Counted from the stretch's first letter, positions 1 through 10,673 are shown. The stretch is DNA of 33,626 nt from Candidatus Margulisiibacteriota bacterium (GCA_042577605.1 JBHPDY010000002.1:1-33626); one strand, 5' to 3'. Translations and numbers: made by a program. The notes: a model not told the origin generated them from the letters alone.

Positions 1-983
1 GCGTATCTATTAATAATATTTTTCTTTGCCTGCGGTTGTCTATCTTTTTCATCCTGAACTTCCAAATATTTACAACTAAAGGCACTTAATGCTTTCTCTT
101 GCCAGCCAAACACCGTATACTCATTTCCATCATTTACAAGACCCATTTCCTTATAAAAAGCTTTTAATTCCTTTAATGTTTTGATTTTTTCATCCACTTC
201 CTTTTTTGCATGAGATAGTTTCTTTTTAGCCTCAATCATCACCAGATCGAATAAGTTTTTCAAACTTTTTATTTGCTTTTCAATTTTTTGATATTTTTCT
301 TGAATCACTTTAGCGTAATCTACATTATTATAAAAAAGCTTTAGCTTTTTTCCAGAAATTCTTACACTATTCTTTTGCCCGCCCTTATCGCTTTCCTTAA
401 TAAAACTCAATGCTTGATCAACAATTGTTATTCTCAGATTATTTTTCAACTCAATGCGCAAGATATTGTTTAAGCGAGCAGCAAAATAATCCTTATTAAC
501 ATCTCCATATTTAACCGTAAACTTCTTGTCTAGTTTTAAAAATTTCGCAAATTCTTTCTTCTGATTCACCATTTTTTCAATTGTTTTTAGAATCTCAAGC
601 TGCTTTTGAAGCCAAAACACTACAATCTTAAGGGCTTGATTAATAGTTTTGCTCTTCACTTTTTCATTAGCCTCTTTAGCCCTATAAATTATTATCTTTG
701 TTAGCTTGTTCGCCTCATTCAAAAGAGAGTCAGCATACGCTTCCATGAAAACAGTTTTGTTCCCAAAGGATTTTTTATATTCTAATACCTCTTTAGATAG
801 CGCTCTGAACACATATTTCTTTTTATTTAAAACAAGTGCTTCCTCGGGAAATTCAAAAGGCTCTTCTTTAACTTCATCCACTTTTTCCGGAAAAGCGGAC
901 ATATTCTCCAGCACCAGAACGCCTGGGGCCTCTTTAACCGCTATTATCTTTTTAAAAATTTCTTTAAACAATAATAAAACCAT
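1..983 (-). CDS. hypothetical Lys/Glu-rich (coiled-coil-like) protein; 3' end runs off the left edge of the window
   Basis: Not in the supplied ORF track. My reverse-complement translation from the ATG at 983-981 stays open for about 327 codons down to position 1 (MVLLLFKEIFKKIIAVKEAPGVLVLENMSAFPEKVDEVKEEPFEF...QAKKNIINRY). A purine-rich GGGTAAGAG lies just upstream of the ATG. The listed + ORF 706..1110 is its antisense shadow. No family motif recognised. Confidence 0.6.
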   Translation of the reverse strand, partial: MVLLLFKEIFKKIIAVKEAPGVLVLENMSAFPEKVDEVKEEPFEFPEEALVLNKKKYVFRALSKEVLEYKKSFGNKTVFMEAYADSLLNEANKLTKIIIYRAKEANEKVKSKTINQALKIVVFWLQKQLEILKTIEKMVNQKKEFAKFLKLDKKFTVKYGDVNKDYFAARLNNILRIELKNNLRITIVDQALSFIKESDKGGQKNSVRISGKKLKLFYNNVDYAKVIQEKYQKIEKQIKSLKNLFDLVMIEAKKKLSHAKKEVDEKIKTLKELKAFYKEMGLVNDGNEYTVFGWQEKALSAFSCKYLEVQDEKDRQPQAKKNIINRY

Positions 984-1120
984 CTCTTACCCTTTATTAT
1001 TAAAACACCTTACTTCATACACATATGTGCGCACGCGCGAAAAACAAAAACACATAAAATGTGTTATATGTATATCATGCAACAATCCCTTTATTAATTA
1101 TCGTAAATAATGCAAAAAAA

Positions 1121-1149
1121 TTGCATAATAAATTATTTTTTGTTATATT
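1121..1149 (+). promoter_or_regulatory. candidate sigma70-type promoter for ileS (-35 TTGCAT, 17-nt spacer, -10 TATATT)
   Basis: TTGCAT at 1121-1126 and TATATT at 1144-1149 with exactly 17 nt between them, about 55 nt upstream of the ileS ATG. AT-rich DNA gives many false hexamer matches. Confidence 0.3.
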
Positions 1150-1205
1150 CCCAAAAAAAGCCTCATTTAATATCTGCTGACAAATCACGCTATTAAAGGA
1201 TTCAT

Positions 1206-3962
1206 ATGCAAAATATCAATATAAAAGAAACTGTAAATTTACCATTCACGGACTTCCCGCTCCGTGCCTCACTGGCGGTAAAAGAGCCGGAATTATTAAA
1301 TTACTGGCAAGAACATAATCTTTATGAACAGATTTTACTAAAACAGAAAGATTATTCCAAATCATATTTCCTACACGACGGCCCGCCTTATCCAAACGGT
1401 GACATCCATATGGGACATGCTCTTAATAAAGTTCTAAAAGACATTGTTGTCCGGTCAAAAGTCATGGCCGGCTATAAAAGCTCTTTTCTTCCGGGATGGG
1501 ATTGTCATGGACTGCCTATAGAGGTCCAGGTCATTAAAGAACTTAAAAAAAACGATCTGGAACACAAAAAACACGACATTGCCTGGTTCAGAGAAAAATG
1601 CAAAGACTTTTCTCTGAAATATGTGGAAACCCAAAAAAAAGAATTTAAACGCCTGGGCATAATCGGAGAATGGGATAATCCCTATCTGACTTTAAATAAA
1701 AATTATGAAGCCAAAGTCCTGGAACTATTCGGCAAAATGGCCCAAAACGGTCTGGTGCATAAAGGCCTTAAGCCGATCCACTGGTGTTCAACCTGCCAGA
1801 CAGCCCTGGCAGAAGCAGAAATCGAATACAATGACCACCGTTCCCCTTCGATCTATGTAGCTTTTAAAGTAACAGGCGCTTCAGCTAAATTAGCTGAAAT
1901 CATTAAAAACCTTGAGGCCAATATTATGGTCTGGACCACTACACCCTGGACCTTACCTGCTAATGTTGCCATTGCTGCCCATCCTGAATTCAACTACCTT
2001 GTGGCTAAGACCGATGACAAAGCTATTGTCTTTGTTGAAGACTTAAAAGAAAAAATTCAAAAAGAACTGGGACTCTCAGAACTTACTATTTTGGGAAGCC
2101 TCTCCGGAAAAAAACTCGCAGGCACAAAAACCGAGCACCCTTTTATTGAGCGGACATCAGAAATCATTAATGCTGTTTACGTTACAAAAGAAGACGGCAC
2201 AGGTTTTGTCCACATTGCCCCTGGACATGGACAAGAAGACTATCTGGTTGGTCTGGAATATGACCTGCCTATCATTATGCCGGTAGATGAGAAAGGCCGC
2301 TTTACAGAAGAAGTAGAATGGGAAGGGCTGAAAGTCTTTGATGCCAACAAACCCATCTGTGAAAAAATGAAAGAAAAAGGAACCCTTTGGCACCTCAATT
2401 TTGTTTCCCATGCTTATCCTCATTGCTGGCGCTGTAAAAAACCGGTTATCTTCCGGGCTACTGAACAATGGTTTATCTTTATGGACAAACCATTCCCTGA
2501 CAGCCAGGACCAGACCCTCCGTGAAAAATCACTGGCCGAAATAAAAAAAGTCAAATGGCACCCCAGCTGGGGAGAAAACCGTATTTACTCTATGATCGAG
2601 AACAGGCCGGACTGGTGTATTTCCAGACAACGTTACTGGGGTATTCCCATTCCTGTTTTCCACTGCAATAAATGCGACCATATTGAAATGACAGGAGAGT
2701 TTAACAAAGCAGTAGTCGAACTGGTAAAAAAAGAAGGCGCCTTAGCCTGGTTCTCCAAAGATGTTGATGATATTCTGCCTAAACACCTAACCTGCAGCAA
2801 ATGTAATTCAAGGGACTTTACCAAAGAAAAAGATATAATGGACGTCTGGTTTGAGTCAGGCGCCAGTTTCGGAGCAGCGCTGGATGACCATCCTGAACTG
2901 AACAGCCCTGCCAACCTCTATTTAGAGGGTTCTGACCAGCATCGCGGCTGGTTTCAGTCATCACTTTTAATAGGTACCGGAACCACAAACCAGGCCCCTT
3001 ACAAAGAAGTGCTTACTCATGGCTTTATAGTTGACGAACATGGCAAAAAAATGAGCAAATCAATCGGTAATGTCATTTCTCCCCAAAAAATAGTCCAGGA
3101 ACACGGAGCAGATACCCTGCGGTGGTGGATCGCTAACACAGATTTTAAGAACGATATCAACATATCTCAAAATGTTCTTAAGCAGGCCAGGGACTCCTTC
3201 ACAAAGGTAAGGAACACCATCCGTTTCTGCCTGGGAAACCTTAATGACTTTGATCCGCAAAAAGACCTGTTAGAATACCAAGACCTAAGCGAACTGGATA
3301 AATGGGCCTTGTCCCAGCTTCACAATTTAATTACAAAATGCTCAAATGCTTACGCATCATTTGAGCTTCACCTCCTGACCCATTCAGTACATGATTTCTG
3401 TGCAGTTACTTTAAGCTCCTTATATCTGGATATGATCAAAGACCGGCTCTATTGCGACTACAAAGAAAGCAAACAACGCCGTAGTTCACAAACGGTTCTC
3501 TATCTTTTGGTGGACGCTCTTATAAAGCTGATAGCGCCGATCCTTGTCTTCACCAGTGAAGATGTCTACAAGTTCTTTAACAAACCAGACAAGAAAACCT
3601 CTATCCACTTAGAAGACCTGCCAAAAGCAAAAGAAGAATGGCTGAGCATTGACGCTAAAAAATGGCAGCTACTCATTAACATAAAAGACCAATGCTATCA
3701 AAAACTGGAATCCCTGCGCAGCCAAAAGATCATAGGCAGTTTTCTGGAAGCCCAGGTTGACCTGGTCCTGGATCAAGAAATTGATTTTGAAGATTGGGAA
3801 TCACTCTTGATCATCAGCCAAGCCAATATTTCTACGGGTAAAGAGCTAAAAATTGAAGTTTCCAAATCCAAAGAAGAAAAATGCGATCGTTGTTGGAAAA
3901 GGCTGCCCTTAAAAAATGGTATTTGTACCCGTTGCCAAGAAGCAATTGCAAATTCAAATTAA
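1206..3962 (+). CDS. ileS: isoleucine--tRNA ligase (bacterial type 1)
   Basis: 918-aa ORF with the class I HIGH-type motif (PNGDIHMGHALN) and KMSKS (GKKMSKSIGN). WCISRQRYWG follows a CP1-sized insertion. C-terminal Cys cluster CDRCW...CTRCQ. AAGGA lies 5 nt upstream of the ATG. Confidence 0.97.
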   Translation: MQNINIKETVNLPFTDFPLRASLAVKEPELLNYWQEHNLYEQILLKQKDYSKSYFLHDGPPYPNGDIHMGHALNKVLKDIVVRSKVMAGYKSSFLPGWDCHGLPIEVQVIKELKKNDLEHKKHDIAWFREKCKDFSLKYVETQKKEFKRLGIIGEWDNPYLTLNKNYEAKVLELFGKMAQNGLVHKGLKPIHWCSTCQTALAEAEIEYNDHRSPSIYVAFKVTGASAKLAEIIKNLEANIMVWTTTPWTLPANVAIAAHPEFNYLVAKTDDKAIVFVEDLKEKIQKELGLSELTILGSLSGKKLAGTKTEHPFIERTSEIINAVYVTKEDGTGFVHIAPGHGQEDYLVGLEYDLPIIMPVDEKGRFTEEVEWEGLKVFDANKPICEKMKEKGTLWHLNFVSHAYPHCWRCKKPVIFRATEQWFIFMDKPFPDSQDQTLREKSLAEIKKVKWHPSWGENRIYSMIENRPDWCISRQRYWGIPIPVFHCNKCDHIEMTGEFNKAVVELVKKEGALAWFSKDVDDILPKHLTCSKCNSRDFTKEKDIMDVWFESGASFGAALDDHPELNSPANLYLEGSDQHRGWFQSSLLIGTGTTNQAPYKEVLTHGFIVDEHGKKMSKSIGNVISPQKIVQEHGADTLRWWIANTDFKNDINISQNVLKQARDSFTKVRNTIRFCLGNLNDFDPQKDLLEYQDLSELDKWALSQLHNLITKCSNAYASFELHLLTHSVHDFCAVTLSSLYLDMIKDRLYCDYKESKQRRSSQTVLYLLVDALIKLIAPILVFTSEDVYKFFNKPDKKTSIHLEDLPKAKEEWLSIDAKKWQLLINIKDQCYQKLESLRSQKIIGSFLEAQVDLVLDQEIDFEDWESLLIISQANISTGKELKIEVSKSKEEKCDRCWKRLPLKNGICTRCQEAIANSN

Positions 3963-3972
3963 GCTTTATCCA

Positions 3973-4803
3973 ATGAAATTCTGGAAAAAATGCAATTTTT
4001 GGCTGTTAATTATCATTATTTTTATTAGTGGCTTTTATACGGCTACCATGAGCAGGTTATACTTAGATTATTCTTATGAAAAGCGTCTTTACAAAACAAT
4101 TGTTAATAGAGTTCTTAACAACCAGATGTCCAATGAAAATAAAATACTTAAATTATTAGAATTAACTCATCAACTACTTGGCCCTCCTAGAAAAGGATTG
4201 TTAATACCTGAAACCATAGGATTAAAAGAAAAGCTTCTTTTTTCTGCTGATGAAGCTTTAATAGGTGGTTACGCATGTGGCATGCACGCTCAAGTCCTTG
4301 GAATGCTATTAACTACTGCGGGATTTGATTTTCGTTTTTTTTCTATGGAAAAAGAAGGGCGCCTTCATCATGTTGGGCAGGTCTTATATGCTGGCAAATA
4401 TATTGCTATAGATCCCCTTTTCAATCAGACTTTTATTAAAGTAAACGGAGATTATGCTACGGTTAAAGAAATAAATAAAAACTGGGATTACTTTAAAAAC
4501 CAAGTAGGAAATAAATTGTTCTTTAAAAGACATAAAGATTATGACACTGTTTTTTACCAAAAACACTACAATTTCAACCCCCCAAAAGAAAGAATAAGTT
4601 TATTCAGAATAATAACAAATGCTCTCCTTGGTAAAAATAAAGCAGAAAAATTAGCAGTAAAAAGAAAACTAAGCCGCTATTTCTATTGGCAAATTAATTT
4701 GACGTGCTATTATGCATTTATGGTCTTCTGCCTTATGATAAACTTTGTCTTATATTATCTTCTTATTAAGAGAATGAGACATAAACCACATACCACAAAT
4801 TAG
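3973..4803 (+). CDS. membrane-anchored transglutaminase-like (Cys-His-Asp) protein, function unknown
   Basis: The track ORF starts at 3916 inside ileS. The in-frame ATG at 3973 (MKFWKKCNFWLLIIIIFISGFY) gives an N-terminal TM helix and begins 11 nt after the ileS stop. The core GGYACGMHAQVLGMLL...RLHHVGQVLYAGKYIAIDPLF has the spacing of the transglutaminase-like Cys...His...Asp triad. A second hydrophobic helix sits at the C-terminus (YYAFMVFCLMINFVLYYLLI). Confidence 0.5.
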   Translation: MKFWKKCNFWLLIIIIFISGFYTATMSRLYLDYSYEKRLYKTIVNRVLNNQMSNENKILKLLELTHQLLGPPRKGLLIPETIGLKEKLLFSADEALIGGYACGMHAQVLGMLLTTAGFDFRFFSMEKEGRLHHVGQVLYAGKYIAIDPLFNQTFIKVNGDYATVKEINKNWDYFKNQVGNKLFFKRHKDYDTVFYQKHYNFNPPKERISLFRIITNALLGKNKAEKLAVKRKLSRYFYWQINLTCYYAFMVFCLMINFVLYYLLIKRMRHKPHTTN

Positions 4804-4806
4804 CCT

Positions 4807-4840
4807 GGTTTTTTGTATCAAAAAGCCACTTTTTCTGTTT
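4807..4840 (+). terminator. weak AT-rich stem-loop plus T-run downstream of the 3973..4803 gene
   Basis: GGTTTTTT (4807-4814) pairs with AAAAAGCC (4820-4827) with one mismatch, followed by ACTTTTTCTGTTT. The stem is AT-rich and therefore weak. Confidence 0.25.
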
Positions 4841-4874
4841 CACCAATCAACAGGAAAAACCAGATCCAAACCCA

Positions 4875-4962
4875 AGAACCACACTCCATTTGGTTCTGTT
4901 GCGAAATAGCGATAACGCCGGGTAAATTTATGGCGAGCAAATTTCAAGGCATTTTGCAACAG
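4875..4962 (-). terminator. two adjacent stem-loops immediately downstream of atpC (candidate atp operon terminator; member of a hairpin family)
   Basis: CTGTTGCGAAATAGC (4896-4910) pairs with GGCATTTTGCAACAG (4948-4962), with an inner GCC/GGC pairing. AGAACCA (4875-4881) pairs with TGGTTCT (4891-4897). On the minus strand the second hairpin is followed by TTGGGTTTGG. The element starts 9 nt after the atpC stop. Confidence 0.45.
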
Positions 4963-4970
4963 GCCCCATT

Positions 4971-6846
<1,876 letters not shown>

Positions 6847-7707
6847 TTAGCCCGCCAGGGCTTCTACTCCGCTTACTATTTCGTTTATCTCTCTCGTAAT
6901 ATGCGCCTGCCTCGTTCTATTATAGACTAGCTGTAACTGGCCTATCATTTCCGCTGCATTATCTGTCGCAGCTTCCATGGCCATCATTCTTGCTGCTTCT
7001 TCTCCTGTATTGCTATCCAAAAGGTCTTTATATAACAGCATTACTAAGTAATGATGCAGATAATTGTATAATACACTTGGTTTACTTGGTTCATAAATAT
7101 AATCTGACAAGGGTTCTTCAGCTGTTTTTTCAAGCAAAATAGGCAGGTATTGCCTATGCACCAACTTACTGGTTAATGCAGATTGAAATTGATTAAAAAA
7201 AGCTTTTACAATGCCAATCTCACCGTTAACAAATCTCTCAAGAATCAAATCTATGGCATGTTCAACTTTATCAAAACCCAACTTATCCATAAAATAAGGG
7301 TAAGCTCCATATATCTCCCACTTTTTTCTTTTAAAAAAAGCACATGCTTTATTACCAAATAAATAAAGCTGTACATTCGTGCTCTTTTGGTCATTTAAAT
7401 AAGTCCATGCAGCTTTAAGTACACTGGTATTATACCCCCCGCACAAACCACGATCCCCGGTAATCACAATCACAACCTGCTTGGGCGAACCGTTCTTGCA
7501 GAAAAAGACCGGAAAAAAGTCTGGTTCTATCCGATTAGCCGTATCACTCAGCACTGCCTCTAATTCATCTACATATCCATCTACATTCTGGGATTTCTGC
7601 ACTGCCCTTTTAAATTTTGCCGCAGCTACCATTTTCATTGCCTGGGTCATCTTTCTGGTCTTAATAACAGAAGCAATACGCTGTTTTAATTCACGAATAT
7701 TAGACAT
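6847..7707 (-). CDS. atpG: F1 ATP synthase subunit gamma
   Basis: 286 aa lying between atpA and atpD. N-terminal IRELKQRIASVIKTRKMTQAMKMVAAAK and C-terminal NRTRQAHITREINEIVSG are the conserved gamma helices. Confidence 0.93.
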   Translation of the reverse strand: MSNIRELKQRIASVIKTRKMTQAMKMVAAAKFKRAVQKSQNVDGYVDELEAVLSDTANRIEPDFFPVFFCKNGSPKQVVIVITGDRGLCGGYNTSVLKAAWTYLNDQKSTNVQLYLFGNKACAFFKRKKWEIYGAYPYFMDKLGFDKVEHAIDLILERFVNGEIGIVKAFFNQFQSALTSKLVHRQYLPILLEKTAEEPLSDYIYEPSKPSVLYNYLHHYLVMLLYKDLLDSNTGEEAARMMAMEAATDNAAEMIGQLQLVYNRTRQAHITREINEIVSGVEALAG

Positions 7708-7709
7708 CT

Positions 7710-9224
7710 TTAATTGTTCTCAATAAAAATTCCTTGGCATTCTGTAATAGCAGCGGTCAACTTTTGTTTTATCCCATCATCCAATACTTTTTTACTCTCT
7801 ATTTCATCCAGAACTTCTGCAAACTGCATATTTAATATCAAGTTCAACTCCTGTTCAAACTGCCTGATACTATCTACAGGGATTTTATCCAAAAAACCGT
7901 TCACAGCCGCAAAAATAATTGATATCTGCAAAGCAATCCTCAGCGGTTTATATTGATCCTGCTTCAAGATCTCAAGCAACCTTTTCCCTCTATCCAATTG
8001 GGCAATGGTCGCCTTATCCAGATCTGAACCAAATTGTGAAAAAGCCTCAATCTCCCAATACTGGGACAAATCTATCCTCAAGCTGCCTGCTACTTGCTTT
8101 GTAGCCTTAATCTGGGCATTACCGCCTACCCGGGAAACAGATATCCCGGCATTTACAGCAGGTTTTATCCCAGCATTAAAAAGATCTGATTCCAGATAAA
8201 TCTGACCGTCTGTTATGGAAATTACATTAGTTGGTATATAAGCAGATACATCACCCGCCTGGGTCTCAATTATCGGTAACGCGGTCAGAGACCCACCTCC
8301 CTTTTCGTCAGAGTACTTTAAAGAACGTTCCAACAGCCTGGAATGAAGGTAAAAAATATCTCCGGGAAAAGCTTCTCTACCTGGAGGTCTTTTAAGCAAA
8401 AGGGACAACTGCCTATAAGCAACCGCATGTTTTGACAGGTCGTCATAGACAATCAGGACATGTTTTCCCTGATCCAGGAATTCTTCGCCCATGGCACAAC
8501 CGGCATAAGGAGCAATATATTGCAAAGTAGCTGACTCCGATGCCGAAGCGGTCACCACAATCGTATACTCCATAGCTCCAAAATCCTTCAAGGTTTGAAC
8601 TACCCTGGAAACCGTAGATTTTTTCTGTCCGATAGCAACATAAATACAAATAACATCCTGGTCCCGCTGATTTATAATTGTATCTATCGCAATAGCTGTT
8701 TTACCTGTCTTGCGGTCCCCGATTATTAATTCTCTCTGCCCGCGTCCTATAGGGATCATAGAGTCTAAGCACTTTAATCCTGTCTGCAAAGGCTCCTTAA
8801 CCGGTTGACGGTCACATACCCCAGGTGCAATACGCTCAATAGGCCGGCGTTTATCCGAATCTATCGGGCCTGAGCCATCAACAGGATTCCCCAAAGGATC
8901 AACTACCCTGCCCAAAAGATGTTCCCCTACCGGAACATCCAAAATACGCCCGGTCCGCTCTACCTGATCCCCTTCCTTGATTGCCTTGCCGTTCCCTAAA
9001 ATAACACAGCCGACATTTTCTTCTTCCAAATTAAATACCAATCCATAAACATTGCCCGGAAAAAGGATCATTTCTCCGGCCATAGCATTTTCCAATCCAT
9101 AGATTCTGGCGATACCGTCTCCCACCTGAATGATATAACCTATCTCTTTAACATTTACTGAAATATCATAATCTTCTATTTGCTTCTGAATAATTGAAGT
9201 TATTTCTTCCGGCTTAATCTTCAT
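7710..9224 (-). CDS. atpA: F1 ATP synthase subunit alpha
   Basis: 504 aa with Walker [16 protein letters not shown]. Typical alpha sequence ([22 protein letters not shown]). Confidence 0.97.
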   Translation of the reverse strand: MKIKPEEITSIIQKQIEDYDISVNVKEIGYIIQVGDGIARIYGLENAMAGEMILFPGNVYGLVFNLEEENVGCVILGNGKAIKEGDQVERTGRILDVPVGEHLLGRVVDPLGNPVDGSGPIDSDKRRPIERIAPGVCDRQPVKEPLQTGLKCLDSMIPIGRGQRELIIGDRKTGKTAIAIDTIINQRDQDVICIYVAIGQKKSTVSRVVQTLKDFGAMEYTIVVTASASESATLQYIAPYAGCAMGEEFLDQGKHVLIVYDDLSKHAVAYRQLSLLLKRPPGREAFPGDIFYLHSRLLERSLKYSDEKGGGSLTALPIIETQAGDVSAYIPTNVISITDGQIYLESDLFNAGIKPAVNAGISVSRVGGNAQIKATKQVAGSLRIDLSQYWEIEAFSQFGSDLDKATIAQLDRGKRLLEILKQDQYKPLRIALQISIIFAAVNGFLDKIPVDSIRQFEQELNLILNMQFAEVLDEIESKKVLDDGIKQKLTAAITECQGIFIENN

Positions 9225-9258
9225 TTAGCTACCTCTCTTTCGCAAAACTTTTATCTAG

Positions 9259-9807
9259 TCATCTGCCAGCAGGCTGGGAAACCATATGTTTTTTCAGTTC
9301 CAAGAGTGAATTAGCAACTGAAGCATCATATAAGATGTGGTCAACCTGAACTTTTAATCCCCCTATTAGGCTCTCATCAATAATAAACTCCGGTTGAATT
9401 ACTTGCTGAATTCTATTACTGAATTCCTTGATCAATATATCCCGGATGGCCTGGTTTAAATCTACCGCTGAAATAAACTTCACCTTTATAGCCCCCCTCT
9501 CCCTTAATATCCGCTCTGTAATAACCTCTCTGAAAAATATTGCTAAACCCAATCTGTTCTTCCTAGCAACCAAAAATAAAAAACTCTGTGTTTGTTTATG
9601 AATGGTATATTTATTTAAAAAAATTTCCAGCAGTTCCCGCTGTTGTTTCTTATTTGTCATATGGCTCTTTAAATAACCAAATACTCGATCTTTTGCCAAA
9701 TCACCCAAAACTTTCTCCAGGGCAGTAAGTTCCTTTTTTAGTTTTTCCTTTGGAAAACTAGCACAGAATGCATTTATATATCTTTTAGCTAAAATAAGGT
9801 CTTTCAT
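9259..9807 (-). CDS. atpH: F1 ATP synthase subunit delta (OSCP)
   Basis: 182 aa in the canonical position between atpF and atpA, with a 4-nt ATGA overlap with atpF. OSCP-like N-terminus (LAKRYINAF) and C-terminal GGLKVQVDHILYDASV. Confidence 0.8.
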   Translation of the reverse strand: MKDLILAKRYINAFCASFPKEKLKKELTALEKVLGDLAKDRVFGYLKSHMTNKKQQRELLEIFLNKYTIHKQTQSFLFLVARKNRLGLAIFFREVITERILRERGAIKVKFISAVDLNQAIRDILIKEFSNRIQQVIQPEFIIDESLIGGLKVQVDHILYDASVANSLLELKKHMVSQPAGR

Positions 9808-10289
9808 TTATCCTGTATAGTCCCTAAATAATCTTTCACTAAATCCTCCTGCGTTTTTTTATCTAGCTGCTTTCTAATTACTTTCTCAGCCAAATTAACT
9901 GTGATATCAGCCAAATAGCCTTTCAACTCCACTTTCGCACTGTTAAAATCTCTTTCAATTTCTTTTTTGGCGTTTTCTAATACCCGTTGGGCTTCGTTCC
10001 TGGTTTGATTTAACATTGCCTGGCGTTCTTTTTTGGTATCGCTTTCTGCTTTAGCAAGGATATCCCTTGCGTCCTGCCGTGCCTGTTTCAAATCACCTTT
10101 CTTGGTCTCCAATAACTCTTCCGTGCTTTTTTTATTAGCTTCTGCCTGGGCAATATTTTTTTTGATCCCCTCTTCCCTTTTGTCCATAAATTTTAAAAGA
10201 GGCCTGATCAAAAACCTGTTAAGCAGCCATAAAAGGATCAAAAAATTTACCATCTGCATTAGAATTTCATATATATTTGTACGAATCAC
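9804..10289 (-). CDS. atpF: Fo ATP synthase subunit b
   Basis: 161 aa with a single N-terminal TM helix (MQMVNFLILLWLLNRFLIRPL), then a long charged helix. Canonical operon position. Confidence 0.8.
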   Translation of the reverse strand: MIRTNIYEILMQMVNFLILLWLLNRFLIRPLLKFMDKREEGIKKNIAQAEANKKSTEELLETKKGDLKQARQDARDILAKAESDTKKERQAMLNQTRNEAQRVLENAKKEIERDFNSAKVELKGYLADITVNLAEKVIRKQLDKKTQEDLVKDYLGTIQDK

Positions 10290-10328
10290 CTTTTTCTCCG
10301 TTAATTAATTAATTTTCATAAAACAGAA

Positions 10329-10374
10329 GTCAGGAGTCAGGAGTTTAGTCTGAACTCTGAATTCTGAATCTGAA
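10329..10374. repeat. short tandem repeats in the atpE-atpF intercistronic spacer
   Basis: GTCAGGAGTCAGGAGT (10329-10344) followed by TCTGAACTCTGAATTCTGAATCTGAA (10349-10374). The two blocks are partly complementary to each other and could form a bulged hairpin in the mRNA. Confidence 0.6.
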
Positions 10375-10377
10375 ATA

Positions 10378-10629
10378 TTAGACTACAAATATTAATATCA
10401 AGGCAATTACCAGTGAATATATGCCTGTGGTCTCTGAAACAGCCTGCCCTATAAGCATAGTCCTCGTGATAAGGTTAACCTCATCTGGCCTCTTACCTAA
10501 AGATTCGCATGCTTTACCAGCGGCAAATCCTTCACCAATCCCAGGGCCTATAGCTCCAAATCCCATCGCAATCCCTGCAGCTAAAAGAGCAAAAGCCTTT
10601 ATAAACTCCGTACCTGTTATTCCGTCCAT
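10378..10629 (-). CDS. atpE: Fo ATP synthase subunit c (single hairpin), Na+-type signature
   Basis: 83 aa: [26 protein letters not shown]...[26 protein letters not shown]. Strong GGAGGT RBS upstream of the ATG. Confidence 0.93.
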   Translation of the reverse strand: MDGITGTEFIKAFALLAAGIAMGFGAIGPGIGEGFAAGKACESLGKRPDEVNLITRTMLIGQAVSETTGIYSLVIALILIFVV

Positions 10630-10673
10630 AGCTTACCTCCTATATAAATTTTAAAGCAAAAAAACATCTTTAG

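Noticed and set aside
706-1110. 134-aa + strand ORF in the supplied track
   Set aside because: It lies antisense to the much longer open minus-strand frame 1..983, is Ser/Thr/Leu-rich and low-complexity, and extends into promoter-like AT-rich DNA. It is most likely a shadow ORF.
1113-1129. A 17-nt exact match CAAAAAAATTGCATAAT is shared with 33537..33553, in both cases upstream of AT-rich minus-strand genes
   Set aside because: 13 of the 17 bases are A/T. A rough estimate gives a few tenths of a chance match in a window of this size and composition. The distances to the start codons differ (about 130 versus 60 nt). Noted but not convincing without genome-wide data.
3916-3972. N-terminal extension of the 295-aa track ORF overlapping the end of ileS
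   Set aside because: The extension lies almost entirely within the ileS coding sequence. The internal ATG at 3973 yields a sensible N-terminal TM anchor directly after the ileS stop.
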